DNA of 64,000 nucleotides from Thermofilaceae archaeon (GTDB lineage: Archaea; Thermoproteota; Thermoprotei; Thermofilales; Thermofilaceae): the NCBI GenBank assembly GCA_038727095.1, contig JAVYWK010000007.1, positions 1 to 64,000 of the forward strand. Reading direction: 5' to 3'. The position numbers and the translations under genes were made by a program. Positions 19,686-29,642 of this stretch are shown one piece after another; the first letter of the stretch is position 1, and the number at the start of each line of letters is the position of its first letter. The notes beneath the pieces are model-generated. The model ran no database searches. It saw only the letters and a list, made by a program, of their open reading frames with translations, and was not told where the DNA came from.

Positions 19686-20999
19686 ATGAGCTCTGCAAGC
19701 GCACAGAAGAAGCCTCATCTTAACTTAGTGGTTATCGGGCACATCGACCACGGCAAATCAACGCTGATGGGCAGGTTTCTCTACGAACTGGGGACTGTAG
19801 ACGAGCGAACAATCAGAGAGTATGAGGAGGAGGCGAAAAAGCTAGGTAAAGAGACATTCAAGTTTGCTTGGGTTCTCGACAGGTTGAAGGAAGAGAGGGA
19901 AAGGGGTATTACAATCGACCTAGGGTTCTACAAGTTCGAAACTAATAAATACTTCTTCACCCTTATCGACGCGCCGGGGCATAGGGACTTCGTTAAAAAC
20001 ATGGTCACGGGCGCCAGCCAGGCTGATTGCGCGTTGCTGGTCGTCAGCGCTAAGGAGGGCGAGTACGAGGCTGGCATGAGCCCTGGCGGCCAGACGCGGG
20101 AGCACGCGTTCCTGGCCAAGACCATGGGCGTCGACCAGATAATGGTCGCCATCAACAAGATGGACACGGTCAACTACAGCCAGCAGAGATACGAGGAAGT
20201 GAAGAACGGAGTTAGCAGGCTCCTTAGAATGGTCGGTTACAACATAAACAAAGTGCATTTCATCCCCGTCTCCGCGTGGGATGGAGTCAACGTAACCAAG
20301 CTGAACAAAGACAAAACACCGTGGTACAATGGTCCCACATTGTTGGAGGCCTTCGACTCTCTTGAAGAGCCCACGAGGCCCATCGATAAGCCGCTTAGAG
20401 TCCCGATTCAGGATGTGTACTCCATAAAGGGAGTGGGCACAGTACCCGTGGGTAGGGTGGAAACCGGCATCCTCAAGGTCAACGATGTAGTGGTCTTCAT
20501 GCCACCAAACGTGAAGGGTGAGGTAAAGTCCATAGAAACTCACCACACAAGGATCGATCAGGCGATCCCCGGTGACAACATCGGCTTCAACGTGAAGGGT
20601 GTTGAACGCGCACAGCTCAAGAGGGGTGATGTTGCTGGACATCCCACGAGCCCGCCAACAGTGGCCGAGGAGTTTGTTGGCAGGATATACGTGCTCTTCC
20701 ACCCAACAGCCATCGCCGCTGGCTACACACCGGTTCTCCACATTCACACAGCAACCGTACCTATTAGATTCGCAGCCATCGAGAAGAAGCTAGATCCCAG
20801 GACTGGCGCCGCCGTGGAAGAGAACCCGGCATTTATCAAGCAAGGCGACGCAGCTATAGTGAGATTCAAGCCTTTGAAGCCCGTCGTAGTGGAGAAGTAC
20901 TCCGATCTACCGCAGCTAGGTCGATTCGCGATAAGAGACTCTGGCAGAACGATCGCCGCTGGCGTCGTAATCGACGTAGTTCCAGCCAAAGCGCAGTAA
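19686..20999 (+). CDS. tuf: Translation elongation factor EF-1 alpha
   Basis: [29 protein letters not shown]. Confidence 0.98.
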   Translation: MSSASAQKKPHLNLVVIGHIDHGKSTLMGRFLYELGTVDERTIREYEEEAKKLGKETFKFAWVLDRLKEERERGITIDLGFYKFETNKYFFTLIDAPGHRDFVKNMVTGASQADCALLVVSAKEGEYEAGMSPGGQTREHAFLAKTMGVDQIMVAINKMDTVNYSQQRYEEVKNGVSRLLRMVGYNINKVHFIPVSAWDGVNVTKLNKDKTPWYNGPTLLEAFDSLEEPTRPIDKPLRVPIQDVYSIKGVGTVPVGRVETGILKVNDVVVFMPPNVKGEVKSIETHHTRIDQAIPGDNIGFNVKGVERAQLKRGDVAGHPTSPPTVAEEFVGRIYVLFHPTAIAAGYTPVLHIHTATVPIRFAAIEKKLDPRTGAAVEENPAFIKQGDAAIVRFKPLKPVVVEKYSDLPQLGRFAIRDSGRTIAAGVVIDVVPAKAQ

Positions 21000-21016
21000 A
21001 GTCGAGGTTAGAGGCA

Positions 21017-21325
21017 ATGCCTCGCATCGTACGCATCAAACTCTCTAGCACCTCCGTCGAAGACCTCAACTCGGTCTGCGAGGAGATAAGGAACATCGCT
21101 AAGAAAACAGGCGTTAGAATGCGAGGACCAATACCGCTCCCCACGAAGCGGCTATTAGTCACTGTTCGCAAAGCCCCCAGCGGTCAAGGCTACCACACTT
21201 TCGACCATTGGGAAATGAGAATTCACAAGAGAGTAATCGACATGGACGCTGACGAGCGAGCAATGAGGCAATTAATGAGGATCCGCGTACCAAAGACCGT
21301 GAGAGTTGAAATAGAGATCAAGTAG
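21017..21325 (+). CDS. rpsJ: 30S ribosomal protein S10
   Basis: [23 protein letters not shown]. Confidence 0.97.
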   Translation: MPRIVRIKLSSTSVEDLNSVCEEIRNIAKKTGVRMRGPIPLPTKRLLVTVRKAPSGQGYHTFDHWEMRIHKRVIDMDADERAMRQLMRIRVPKTVRVEIEIK

Positions 21326-21453
21326 AAGTAAAACATAATGATTTTTTATTTAACTCATATATTATTCTAATCCAGCGTACATCCGATTATGAGACTCGTT
21401 CAACGCCACCTACGCTCCGATCAGCTTAAAAAGCATTAACGATCGTAATTTGC

Positions 21454-21560
21454 GCCGGGGTGGCCGAGTGGACCAAGGCGCCGGCCTTGAGACCCGTTAA
21501 AAACGGGAAAGCCGGTGCCCCTTCAGGGGCTCCCGGGTTCGAATCCCGGCCCCGGCGCCA
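21454..21560 (+). tRNA. tRNA-Ser(UGA) with 18-nt intron at 37/38 (21492-21509)
   Basis: GCCGGGG/CCCCGGC acceptor stem, CCGGC-CT-TGA-G|intron|A-GCCGG, long variable arm, GCCA. Confidence 0.94.
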
Positions 21561-21580
21561 CGTTTCGTGCTCCTACCAAC

Positions 21581-22009
21581 TCAGGCACCTAGACCAGGCG
21601 TTAATCCCAAGCTTCTCAATATCAGGTGCAATCCCTCCCGCGTGATCTTCCCTGTAGCTCCTACTACGAGATCCCTCGGTGGGTAGATTAGGTAGCCCTT
21701 GTAGTAGCCGCTCGGGTTGCTATAGTAGAAGATATGGAGAACTAGTATTAAGAGGTTTAATTGCCGTGGCGAGTACCGCTGCTCTAGTTGTACAGCTTCC
21801 TCCTCGCTGATGTCAACCCTCTTGAGTAGAGATTCGACTATCCCGCGGGGGTCTTCATCCATTGCTGAAAGTAGGTCTGACAGGCTCAATCCAGAATCCC
21901 TTAGGAAGTCTCTTAATGCGTCTTTCAGCGTTATTACTCGTTTCACATGCTTCAGTGTAAGCGTAGGAGTAAAAGGTATTTCCTGGCTGAAGGGCGTTAA
22001 GCCTAGCAT
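21581..22009 (-). CDS. Hypothetical protein
   Basis: 142-aa ORF with protein-like composition (true start may be further downstream); no family recognised. Confidence 0.6.
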   Translation of the reverse strand: MLGLTPFSQEIPFTPTLTLKHVKRVITLKDALRDFLRDSGLSLSDLLSAMDEDPRGIVESLLKRVDISEEEAVQLEQRYSPRQLNLLILVLHIFYYSNPSGYYKGYLIYPPRDLVVGATGKITREGLHLILRSLGLTPGLGA

Positions 22010-22072
22010 CGAGCAGGGGCTTTCGCAACGTTAAAGCTAAAAAGCAATCGTAGGCTAATTTGCTGAGCCGAA

Positions 22073-22861
22073 TTGAGCAGCGTATGTCCGTACTTGTTCA
22101 GGGATCGTGAAGGCAGGTTCATGTGTGAAGTGCTAGGGGGTCGAGTAGACCCCGGTTTAATGCCCTGCCTAGCTAACTATAGGGAATGCCAATTCTACGC
22201 CGAACGAGCAACGATTAGAGCAGGGCCAGCAGCCGTTATGCACCCTCCTGTCGAACGTCCTCTCCCGCCGGAGGAAGTACCAACTCGTGCTGAAACGCAA
22301 GCCCTTGAGCGTCCGTTGGCTGAGAAGGGCGCTGAAGAGCTAGAGGAAAAGGTTATCGAGGAACTGAAGACTGTCGAGGCTCTAGCAGTACAATTGAACG
22401 AAAAATGGGCCTCCTATGAAGAGGGAGCCCGCAGGTTGGTCAAGATGTGGGAGGAAGTAAGCATGACCGGCACTCATGCGGTTCGAGCGTTGAGCGAGGT
22501 AGCCAGCATGTACGAGAAGCTGCTCAGCAACCTCAAATTGCTCCTGGACACTGGGAGAATATCGTCAGCAGCTTACGAGGAGCTTAAAAAAGAGGTTGAA
22601 TCCAACTTGAACGACTACCGGAAAAGGAGGGAGGATCTCGAGATAGCCCTTAAGAGCGCTGAGCGCCTTGTCACACCCCACATTCAGCGTGTGAAGGTCT
22701 CCGAGGCTAAGCCGGAGATAGGGAAACTCCGTCTAGGCCTGATGAAGCTCGAGCAGTTATTTAAAGAGGGGAAGGTTAGCCGCGAAGTCTACGAGCGGAT
22801 GAAGAAGGAGCTCGAGGAGAGGATTAAACGTCTGGAGCAAATGTCCGGTGAAGCGTTATGA
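22073..22861 (+). CDS. Coiled-coil protein with N-terminal 4-Cys motif, CdvA-like repeats
   Basis: CPYL...C...C...C N-terminus, Pro-rich linker, two L...G.IS..(A/V)YE..KKE(V/L)E units. Confidence 0.65.
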   Translation: MSSVCPYLFRDREGRFMCEVLGGRVDPGLMPCLANYRECQFYAERATIRAGPAAVMHPPVERPLPPEEVPTRAETQALERPLAEKGAEELEEKVIEELKTVEALAVQLNEKWASYEEGARRLVKMWEEVSMTGTHAVRALSEVASMYEKLLSNLKLLLDTGRISSAAYEELKKEVESNLNDYRKRREDLEIALKSAERLVTPHIQRVKVSEAKPEIGKLRLGLMKLEQLFKEGKVSREVYERMKKELEERIKRLEQMSGEAL

Positions 22862-23238
22862 GCGAGGAGGCGCTCTTGCCCTCAGAGTTTGAGGCTCGGC
22901 GCGAGCTTGAAAGGGAGCTGGACGAATTGGATAACCTCTGGAGTGATTACTCGAACAGAGTGAAGCGGGTAATGGATGGGTGGGAGAAGATTAAGGTGAA
23001 ACTCCTTGAGAGAATCTCCAAAGTGAGTAGTTTATTGAGAGCTGTCAACGAGGATCTAGAGAAAATAGATGTAGAGATAATACTAGGCATTGCGAGCGAG
23101 GAGGAGAAGAGGGGTGAGAAGGAGAAACTCATTGAAATGAAAAATAAACTTGAAAATAGGTTGAAGGCCCTCCAAATGTTCCTAGAAGATATAGAGAGTA
23201 GGATAGTGGAGCACAGCGAGAAAATAAGAACCAGCTAA
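22858..23238 (+). CDS. Coiled-coil protein, CdvA-like
   Basis: ATGA-coupled to previous gene; LE.I.VE..LG..SEE helical hairpin. Confidence 0.6.
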   Translation: MSEEALLPSEFEARRELERELDELDNLWSDYSNRVKRVMDGWEKIKVKLLERISKVSSLLRAVNEDLEKIDVEIILGIASEEEKRGEKEKLIEMKNKLENRLKALQMFLEDIESRIVEHSEKIRTS

Positions 23239-23897
23239 CAATCGGTAGCGCAACTAGCTAGAATACTTTGTGCGGCTTGTCCCGGATCCTGAGAGGAATA
23301 CACGTACCTTCCCACTACCAGTACATCGGCGCCGGCTTCGGCTAGCGCCCTTGCATTCTCAGGTGTAATGCCACCCGCCACTCCGACCTCCCTAACCCCA
23401 ATTGTTTTTAGCACCTTTACCATACCAATGGATCCCCCAGCTCCAATCCCCCGCGCTCTTTGAACGTCTATCGGCACGTGATAGCACACAGCATCGACAC
23501 CCCTCCTGAGCAACTCGACCGTTCGGGAGATTGGATCCCTCAGCACAGCCATCAAGTCCACAATCACCTTGCCTCCAAGCCGGTGAGCCGCCTCCACAGC
23601 GGAGGCTATCGTTTCGTCGCTGGCCTGCGCCAAGACTGTGACGTACCTAGCCCCACTCGATATTGCCAGCTCAGCCTCTAGGTCGCCTACATCCGCTATC
23701 TTCATATCGGCCACTACCGGTATGTCGCTGAACGCCTCAGCCAGCCGTCGAATGGCCGCCATCCCGAAGGCTTTAATCAGCGGAGTTCCCGCCTCCAGTA
23801 AAATCAGCTCGTGATCGCACACTTCGGCTACTCTCGAAGCCACCGATAAGGCCTTTTCTAAATCCGTGAGGTCAAGAGCTACCTGTAGTCGCGGCAT
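23235..23897 (-). CDS. 3-hexulose-6-phosphate synthase / OMP decarboxylase-family protein
   Basis: LQVALD, EAGTPLIK..G, VADMKIAD.G, VAGGI, VVGR. Confidence 0.88.
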   Translation of the reverse strand: MPRLQVALDLTDLEKALSVASRVAEVCDHELILLEAGTPLIKAFGMAAIRRLAEAFSDIPVVADMKIADVGDLEAELAISSGARYVTVLAQASDETIASAVEAAHRLGGKVIVDLMAVLRDPISRTVELLRRGVDAVCYHVPIDVQRARGIGAGGSIGMVKVLKTIGVREVGVAGGITPENARALAEAGADVLVVGRYVYSSQDPGQAAQSILASCATDC

Positions 23898-24822
23898 GTT
23901 CAAGCAAGCCGAATTCCATGAGCAACTTAAACTCATCGAGTGTGAGTCTCTCACCTTGCCTATACCTTTCAAGGATCTTCAAAGCTTGCTCGTACAACTC
24001 CATACGCCTGCGGCTTAGTACTTGCGATAGCTCAGCCGCCTTTAGCAGGATGGCCGTCCTCTCAATGTCCTCCTTAACTTTCTTCATTTCGTTGAATTTC
24101 TCGTGTAGTTTATTATGGTATTCGTCCGCTTTCCTTCTTAATGCTTCCTTCTTTTCTATCAACTCGCTTAACCTGGATCTCATTTCGTTCGCTTTACTCC
24201 TTATCTCTGTGAACTTTGTCTTAACCTCAAGATACTTTTGTGACAACTCTTTGATTCTTGTATTTAACTCGTTTATGCGCTTCCTCTTCTCCGATACCAA
24301 CGTCCTTAGGCTGCGAATACGGTTTAAGCATTCGTTATACCTTTCAGCAGCTCTGAGCAGGGTTTCAGTGCCACGAATCCTTTCGACAAAGCTCTTCTCT
24401 TCCTCGGGCTCTAGAGGCCGCGTCTGGTACTCCCATTCAAGCTTCTCCAACCTCTCTCTAAGCTCGAAAACGTCAGCTCTCCTTCGACCCATGATTTCGC
24501 GGAGATTTTTCACCTCATTCATCAGTATGGTTAGTTCGCCGCTTAGCGCAGCTACATCCTCTCTTAATTGACTCCGCTCGCTTTTTAGCTTCTGCACTTC
24601 GTTGAAGATCTCATCCTTTAAACTCTTGAGCTTCAGGTACTCCTCTTTTAAGCTTCTATACTCTACTGTTAATTGCCTTATTGATACGGATATATTTTTC
24701 ACTTCCTCATTCAGGGAATCTCTATTATTTCTTAATTCTTCTATCTCCTTTTCTAGGGATTTCAACCTACTCTTTAGGTCCTCGAGCTTCGCCCTCAGAA
24801 GCGCTGGATCTTCTCCTAGCAT
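23872..24822 (-). CDS. Archaeal coiled-coil protein (COG1340-like)
   Basis: Long heptad repeats, LEWEYQT..L..EEE, GE(R/K)LTLDE C-terminus. Confidence 0.82.
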   Translation of the reverse strand: MLGEDPALLRAKLEDLKSRLKSLEKEIEELRNNRDSLNEEVKNISVSIRQLTVEYRSLKEEYLKLKSLKDEIFNEVQKLKSERSQLREDVAALSGELTILMNEVKNLREIMGRRRADVFELRERLEKLEWEYQTRPLEPEEEKSFVERIRGTETLLRAAERYNECLNRIRSLRTLVSEKRKRINELNTRIKELSQKYLEVKTKFTEIRSKANEMRSRLSELIEKKEALRRKADEYHNKLHEKFNEMKKVKEDIERTAILLKAAELSQVLSRRRMELYEQALKILERYRQGERLTLDEFKLLMEFGLLEHAATTGSS

Positions 24823-25022
24823 CCGAACACCGCAGCTGCTAAGCTTTGCGATCCCCTCACCGGCAATGCGATTATAAGCATTGCGTTACAGCAACCACCT
24901 TAGATGATTCATCTTTGCAGCTTTGAAAAGCGGTAGAGCTAGCCTCTAGTTGTTTAACGAATCAAGCGTCGAAATGTAGGGGGCGGCGAACGCTTACCCC
25001 ACGTAAGGTTTTTCATGGGTCA

Positions 25023-25307
25023 ATGCTACGCCGCCTTGTGGGTAGAAGAGGCAAGGGATCCTACGAAATTCCACTGGCACCCATCGAGAGGATAATCCAC
25101 CAAGAAGGAGGGTACAGGGTCAGTGAAGACGCTGCAGTGAGGCTCCGCGAAATCGTTGAGAAATTTGCAAGAGAAGTTGCACGCGTTTCGGTTGACATGG
25201 CGCGCCACGCCAACAGGCACACGGTGAAAGCGGAGGACATAGATGTAGCGCTAAAGGTTGTGCTTTCCAGAGTGCAGGGTTTTCTGGGAGAGAGACCCTC
25301 CTCTTAA
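25023..25307 (+). CDS. Archaeal histone (HMf-type fold) with terminal extensions
   Basis: EIPLAPIERI, RVSEDA, ARHANRHTVKAEDI. Confidence 0.92.
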   Translation: MLRRLVGRRGKGSYEIPLAPIERIIHQEGGYRVSEDAAVRLREIVEKFAREVARVSVDMARHANRHTVKAEDIDVALKVVLSRVQGFLGERPSS

Positions 25308-25392
25308 GCGGTTAAACGAAATGCCCACAGTTTTTCGACAAAATATAGCAAAATGTATATATAGAAATGATAAACCCACCCGCTGAGGAACT

Positions 25393-27054
25393 ATGGCGGC
25401 TCAGACCGCACAGTTGGCACAGATCGGTGGCGTACCAGTACTCGTCTTGAAGGAAGGGACCTCACGAAGAACCGGGCGCGAAGCAATGATGCTGAACTTC
25501 ATGGTCGCGAAGGCAATCGCGGAAACAGTCAAGACGACGCTAGGCCCGAGAGGGATGGATAAGATGCTGATCGATAGCCTGGGCGATATAACGATTACGA
25601 ACGATGGGGCAACAGTCCTCGACGAGATGGACGTTCAGCACCCCGTCGCGAAACTTCTGGTCGAAATTGCGAAGGCCCAGGACGATGAAGTAGGCGACGG
25701 AACGACGACTACGGTTATAGTTACTGGTGAGCTAATCAAGGAGGCCGAAAAGCTGCTAGAGAAGAACCTACATCCGACCGTTATCGTGGCTGGCTACAAG
25801 AAGGCGCTCGAGAAGGCCAGCGAGGTACTAAGGAGGTTCGCTGTTAAGGTCGACATTAATGATGACGAAACTCTGAAGAAAGTGGCGATGACTTCGATGA
25901 GGGGTAAAGCCATAGCGGCGTTCAGGGATTACCTAGCAGGGGTCGCAGTTAAGGCAGTGAAGCAGATAGCGGAGAAACGAGACGAGAAGATCGTCGCTGA
26001 CATCGACCACATACAACTGATTAAGAAAAAGGGTGGATCATTCCTTGATACTCAGCTTGTCTACGGAGTCATCATAGACAAGGAGGTCGTACACCCTGAC
26101 ATGCCGAAGAAAATTGAGAAAGCTAGGATCGCTTTGATCGACGCTCCACTCGAAGTGGAGAAGACAGAGATAGACGCCGAGATAAGGATCAACAGCCCAG
26201 AGCAAATGAAAATGTTCCTCGATGAGGAGGCCAGGCTTCTAAGAGACATGGTGGAGAAGATTAAGGCTGCTGGTGCGAATGTGGTGATCTGCCAGAAGGG
26301 TATTGACGACTTGGCTCAGTACTACTTGGCGAAGGCTGGCATCCTAGCAGTTAGGAGAGTGAAGAAGAGCGACATGGAAAAGCTGGCGCGAGCCACCGGA
26401 GGCAAGATCGTGACTAAGATCGAGGAGCTCAGCCCCGATGTGCTGGGTTACGCGGAGCTGGTTGAGGAGAGGAAGGTGGCTGACGAGAAGATGGTTTTCG
26501 TCGAAGGCTGCCCCAACCCCAAAGCCGTCAGCATCCTAGTCAGAGGCGGCCTCGAGAGGGCTGTAGACGAGGCCGAAAGAAACTTGATTGACGCCCTTAG
26601 TGTTGTCTCAGACGTGATCGAGGAGCCCTACATCCTGCCGGGAGGAGGAGCCCCTGAAGCTGAGCTAGCTAAGGAGCTGAGGATCTACGCATCTAAGGTT
26701 GGGGGTAGAGAGCAGCTCGCCATTGAGGCTTTCGCGAACGCTCTCGAGTCGATCCCAAGGACGCTAGCCGAGAACTCGGGCCTGGACCCGATCGACATGC
26801 TCGCCGAGCTGCGCGCAGCCCACGAAAAGCCGGAGGGCTGGAAGTACGGCGTCGATGTCTTCGAGGGCAAGGTAGCTGATATGTGGTCCCTCGGAGTTGT
26901 AGAACCGCTATCCGTCAAGCTGCAGGCAATTAAAGCGGCCACCGAAGCAGCCATAATGATACTGAGGATCGACGATATCATCGCCGCTTCTAAACTCGAG
27001 GGAAAAGAGAAGGAGAAAAAAGAGGAGAAGCGAGAAGAAAGCGAATTTGATTAA
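25393..27054 (+). CDS. ths: Thermosome (group II chaperonin) subunit
   Basis: [29 protein letters not shown]. Confidence 0.98.
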   Translation: MAAQTAQLAQIGGVPVLVLKEGTSRRTGREAMMLNFMVAKAIAETVKTTLGPRGMDKMLIDSLGDITITNDGATVLDEMDVQHPVAKLLVEIAKAQDDEVGDGTTTTVIVTGELIKEAEKLLEKNLHPTVIVAGYKKALEKASEVLRRFAVKVDINDDETLKKVAMTSMRGKAIAAFRDYLAGVAVKAVKQIAEKRDEKIVADIDHIQLIKKKGGSFLDTQLVYGVIIDKEVVHPDMPKKIEKARIALIDAPLEVEKTEIDAEIRINSPEQMKMFLDEEARLLRDMVEKIKAAGANVVICQKGIDDLAQYYLAKAGILAVRRVKKSDMEKLARATGGKIVTKIEELSPDVLGYAELVEERKVADEKMVFVEGCPNPKAVSILVRGGLERAVDEAERNLIDALSVVSDVIEEPYILPGGGAPEAELAKELRIYASKVGGREQLAIEAFANALESIPRTLAENSGLDPIDMLAELRAAHEKPEGWKYGVDVFEGKVADMWSLGVVEPLSVKLQAIKAATEAAIMILRIDDIIAASKLEGKEKEKKEEKREESEFD

Positions 27055-27158
27055 ACATAGCGACCTTCTTATTTGAATTTAAATTCATTTTTCAATTTCT
27101 CTTCCCATGTCACTCCGCTACCCCTCCTCCACAAGCCAGGGGCCCGCGAAGAAATAGC

Positions 27159-27480
27159 GCCCGGCGGCCTCCCCCGAGGAGGCGCGTGCCATCACGCCGC
27201 CTCTGCACCTTCCAGCTTACACCGGCACCCCCCGCAACACGGCGACCCCGCCATAGGGCCGCTCCCTTCCGGGCCTAACCCGGTTCGGCAGTTCGTGGTT
27301 CAGCTCCTCCTCCGAGGAGCCTACCACCAGCCACCGTCCGCGGGGACCGGCGCTCACAGTTGGTACGGGTGCAGCCAACGGCGTGACGCATGCACCGTTC
27401 CTCGGAGTTGACGCCCTCCGCCGTATGCCCCGTTTGCGGCTCAGGGGAGGGGCAGCCCCCCAGGGCTTTTCCCGCCGGGC
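27159..27480 (-). ncRNA. ffs: SRP (7S) RNA
   Basis: Terminal helix GCCCGGCGG/CCGCCGGGC; helix-8 AGGCCCGGAAGGGAGC on minus strand; TTTTAAG about 25 nt upstream. Confidence 0.92.
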
Positions 27481-27616
27481 AAAGTACAGGACTACTACGG
27501 CTTAAAATGTTTACCCTCAGCTCTACGAGCGGCCAGCCTTAATGGGCTTCTAATACCGTTAACTCATCCGCCCCACTACCGATAAATTTATCACTCCTTC
27601 AAAGAGCTAAAGACTT

Positions 27617-27939
27617 GGTCGTCAGCCGGTGAGCGGGTGTCGGACCCCTAAAGGGGTCTGAGGAAGCTCCGCCAAGGGTGCAGGACCGCGCCGCTGCAAA
27701 GCGGTGGGGGGAATCCCCAGGCAACGGCACAGAAACGATACCCTCCCCACTCTGATGAAGATGAGGCAGTAAGCCCCCGGCAACGGGGGTTTTCCTGCTG
27801 ATGAATGTGGGAGGAGGTTGAAACGGCCGACCCGCGGTTTGAGGGCCTAACAGGGTCTATGAGGCCCTGCACTGAGACCCGGGTGGGCCAAAGATGGATC
27901 CCGCTAAAACCGAAGGCGGGCTACGGCCGGCTGACGACC
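27617..27939 (+). ncRNA. rnpB: RNase P RNA (full-length, type A-like)
   Basis: P1 GGTCGTCAGCCGGT/GCCGGCTGACGACC; GAGGAAGCTCCGCC and AACCGAAGGCGGGCTA (P4); ACAGAAA, TGAAAC; K-turn CTGATGA motifs in P12. Confidence 0.95.
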
Positions 27940-27984
27940 CCGCCATTGATAGAGTTAATATAGCTGGGTTTTAGCAGGATAACT

Positions 27985-28245
27985 GTGCCGGTAGCTTACG
28001 TTTTGATCAACACTGAAGTCGGTGCCGAAAGAGAGGTGCTAGAGAAGCTAAGGGAAATCCCGGAGGTGGTTGAAGCCTACATCGTTTTCGGCATATACGA
28101 CGTCATCGCCAAGGTCAGCGTTGACCGGCAAGAGCTGCTGGGAGAAGTAGTAACGAACAAGTTGAGGCGCCTTGAAAAAGTCCGACACACGTTAACCATA
28201 ATCGCTGTGGAGGGCTTCGAAAGGTGCCAACCGAACTGCACGTAG
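27985..28245 (+). CDS. Stand-alone Lrp/AsnC ligand-binding (RAM) domain protein
   Basis: AYVLIN.E.G.E..V, V.G.YD.IAKV, T.T.I. Confidence 0.9.
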   Translation: MPVAYVLINTEVGAEREVLEKLREIPEVVEAYIVFGIYDVIAKVSVDRQELLGEVVTNKLRRLEKVRHTLTIIAVEGFERCQPNCT

Positions 28246-29549
28246 GCATCGATGACACCGACAGCCCCTGGGGAATGTGTACAACATACCTCGGCGCCCT
28301 CCTCGTAGCTGAATTTGTAAGGCGCGGTTACGAGTTCATAGATTTCCCGTACCTTGTCAGGCTTAACCCAAACGTGCCCTTTAAGACGCGCGGCAACGGC
28401 GCTGTCTCTATTCACCTTACCACGTCAGCTGAGGTCGACGGGGTCGCGGAGCTTGTTGAGGAGTACCTGGAAAGGTACGCGTACAGGCACGGTAAGACGG
28501 ATCCAACAGCCGTGCTGCTCGCGGGCCCTATTGACACCCTGAAGGAAGTCTACTTGCGCGCTCTTTCCGAACTCATTCCCCCCAAAATAGTCGTAAAGGT
28601 TCTCGAAAAAATGAAGGCGAGAATAATTGGTAACGCTAAGGGTAGAGGCGTCATCGGTGCGGCCGCAAGCATAGGAGCTTTCAGCATGAGCTACTACAGC
28701 TACGAGTTAACCCTCTACAGGCCCCCCACGTCAGGCCAGCGGCGCAAGAGTATAGAGCAAGACGTTGTAGAGCTCGATAAGCTGCTACGGCCTCTCACCT
28801 ACTCGAACGTTGACTACTCCTCGGGTAGAGTACTAGCCACTCCCCGGGGCCCTGATCCCGTGATAGCTGGAGTACGTTCCTTCACCCCACTAATCCTTTC
28901 CTCTATCGCCCCTAGGCTGGCGGAGAAGTGGAGCGCTCAACTGGCGCTCATATACAAGACTAACCAGTCCACCGGGGAACACCTTGCACAGCGCAAATCG
29001 ATCGCGCGCGTAAGACCCTACGACTCCGCTACAGTCAGGGGCCGCGTCTCAGGGGAGGCGAAGACCTTACCGGGTGGCCATATCGTATTTGCTCTAAGCG
29101 ATGATACGGGACGCATCACATGCGTTGTTTACAGGGAAACAGGCTTCCTAACGAAGGTTGCGCGCCTTCTCACGGATGGTGACATCGTTGAGGTATGCGG
29201 TGGGTTTGTGCCTCGCTCAAAGGGTTTAACGTTAAACGTCGAGTGTATCAGGGTCCTTCAGACGGCTCCCCTTGTTTCAGAGGGGAATCCGAGATGCCCA
29301 GTCTGCGGCAAGCACCTGAAATCTGCTGGTCGAAACAAGGGATTCAAGTGCGCATCTTGTGGCTATCGAGCACGTTCAGCAACGAAAATTGTGAGGATTA
29401 CCCCTAGAGTCCTGGAACCCGGTTTGTACCTCCAGAGCCCGATAGCTTACCGACATCTATCACGTACTAGAGATTCCCTCGGAGCACCCCCCGTCCCTGC
29501 ACCCCCCTTACCTCAATTGTTTCTATGGCCGTATCCACCTACCGCCTAA
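28224..29549 (+). CDS. tiaS: tRNA(Ile2) agmatinylcytidine synthetase TiaS
   Basis: GIDDTDS..GMCTTY, LVRLNPNVPFKTRGN, OB fold, NP.CP.CG...S.G...G.KC..C. Confidence 0.95.
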   Translation: MPTELHVGIDDTDSPWGMCTTYLGALLVAEFVRRGYEFIDFPYLVRLNPNVPFKTRGNGAVSIHLTTSAEVDGVAELVEEYLERYAYRHGKTDPTAVLLAGPIDTLKEVYLRALSELIPPKIVVKVLEKMKARIIGNAKGRGVIGAAASIGAFSMSYYSYELTLYRPPTSGQRRKSIEQDVVELDKLLRPLTYSNVDYSSGRVLATPRGPDPVIAGVRSFTPLILSSIAPRLAEKWSAQLALIYKTNQSTGEHLAQRKSIARVRPYDSATVRGRVSGEAKTLPGGHIVFALSDDTGRITCVVYRETGFLTKVARLLTDGDIVEVCGGFVPRSKGLTLNVECIRVLQTAPLVSEGNPRCPVCGKHLKSAGRNKGFKCASCGYRARSATKIVRITPRVLEPGLYLQSPIAYRHLSRTRDSLGAPPVPAPPLPQLFLWPYPPTA

Positions 29550-29642
29550 GTTCACGATGCCTCTAGACCCGCATCGAAAGCTAACCACAACCGCCGTTTC
29601 GCAGCACGGGGCTCAGCTTTAAAAAGTGCTTAATAACGTTGC

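Noticed and set aside
19920-20747. Long antisense ORF (275 aa) and similar ones at 36598-37269, 40499-41158, 52485-53240 and 58989-59624
   Set aside because: Each lies opposite a well-supported gene and has no recognisable motif; typical of GC-rich coding DNA
27750-27806. Two CTGATGA motifs resembling a C/D box sRNA
   Set aside because: They lie in P12 of the RNase P RNA, where L7Ae-binding K-turns are expected
27073-27872. ORFs 27073-27411 and 27648-27872
   Set aside because: Shadow ORFs antisense to the SRP and RNase P RNA genes
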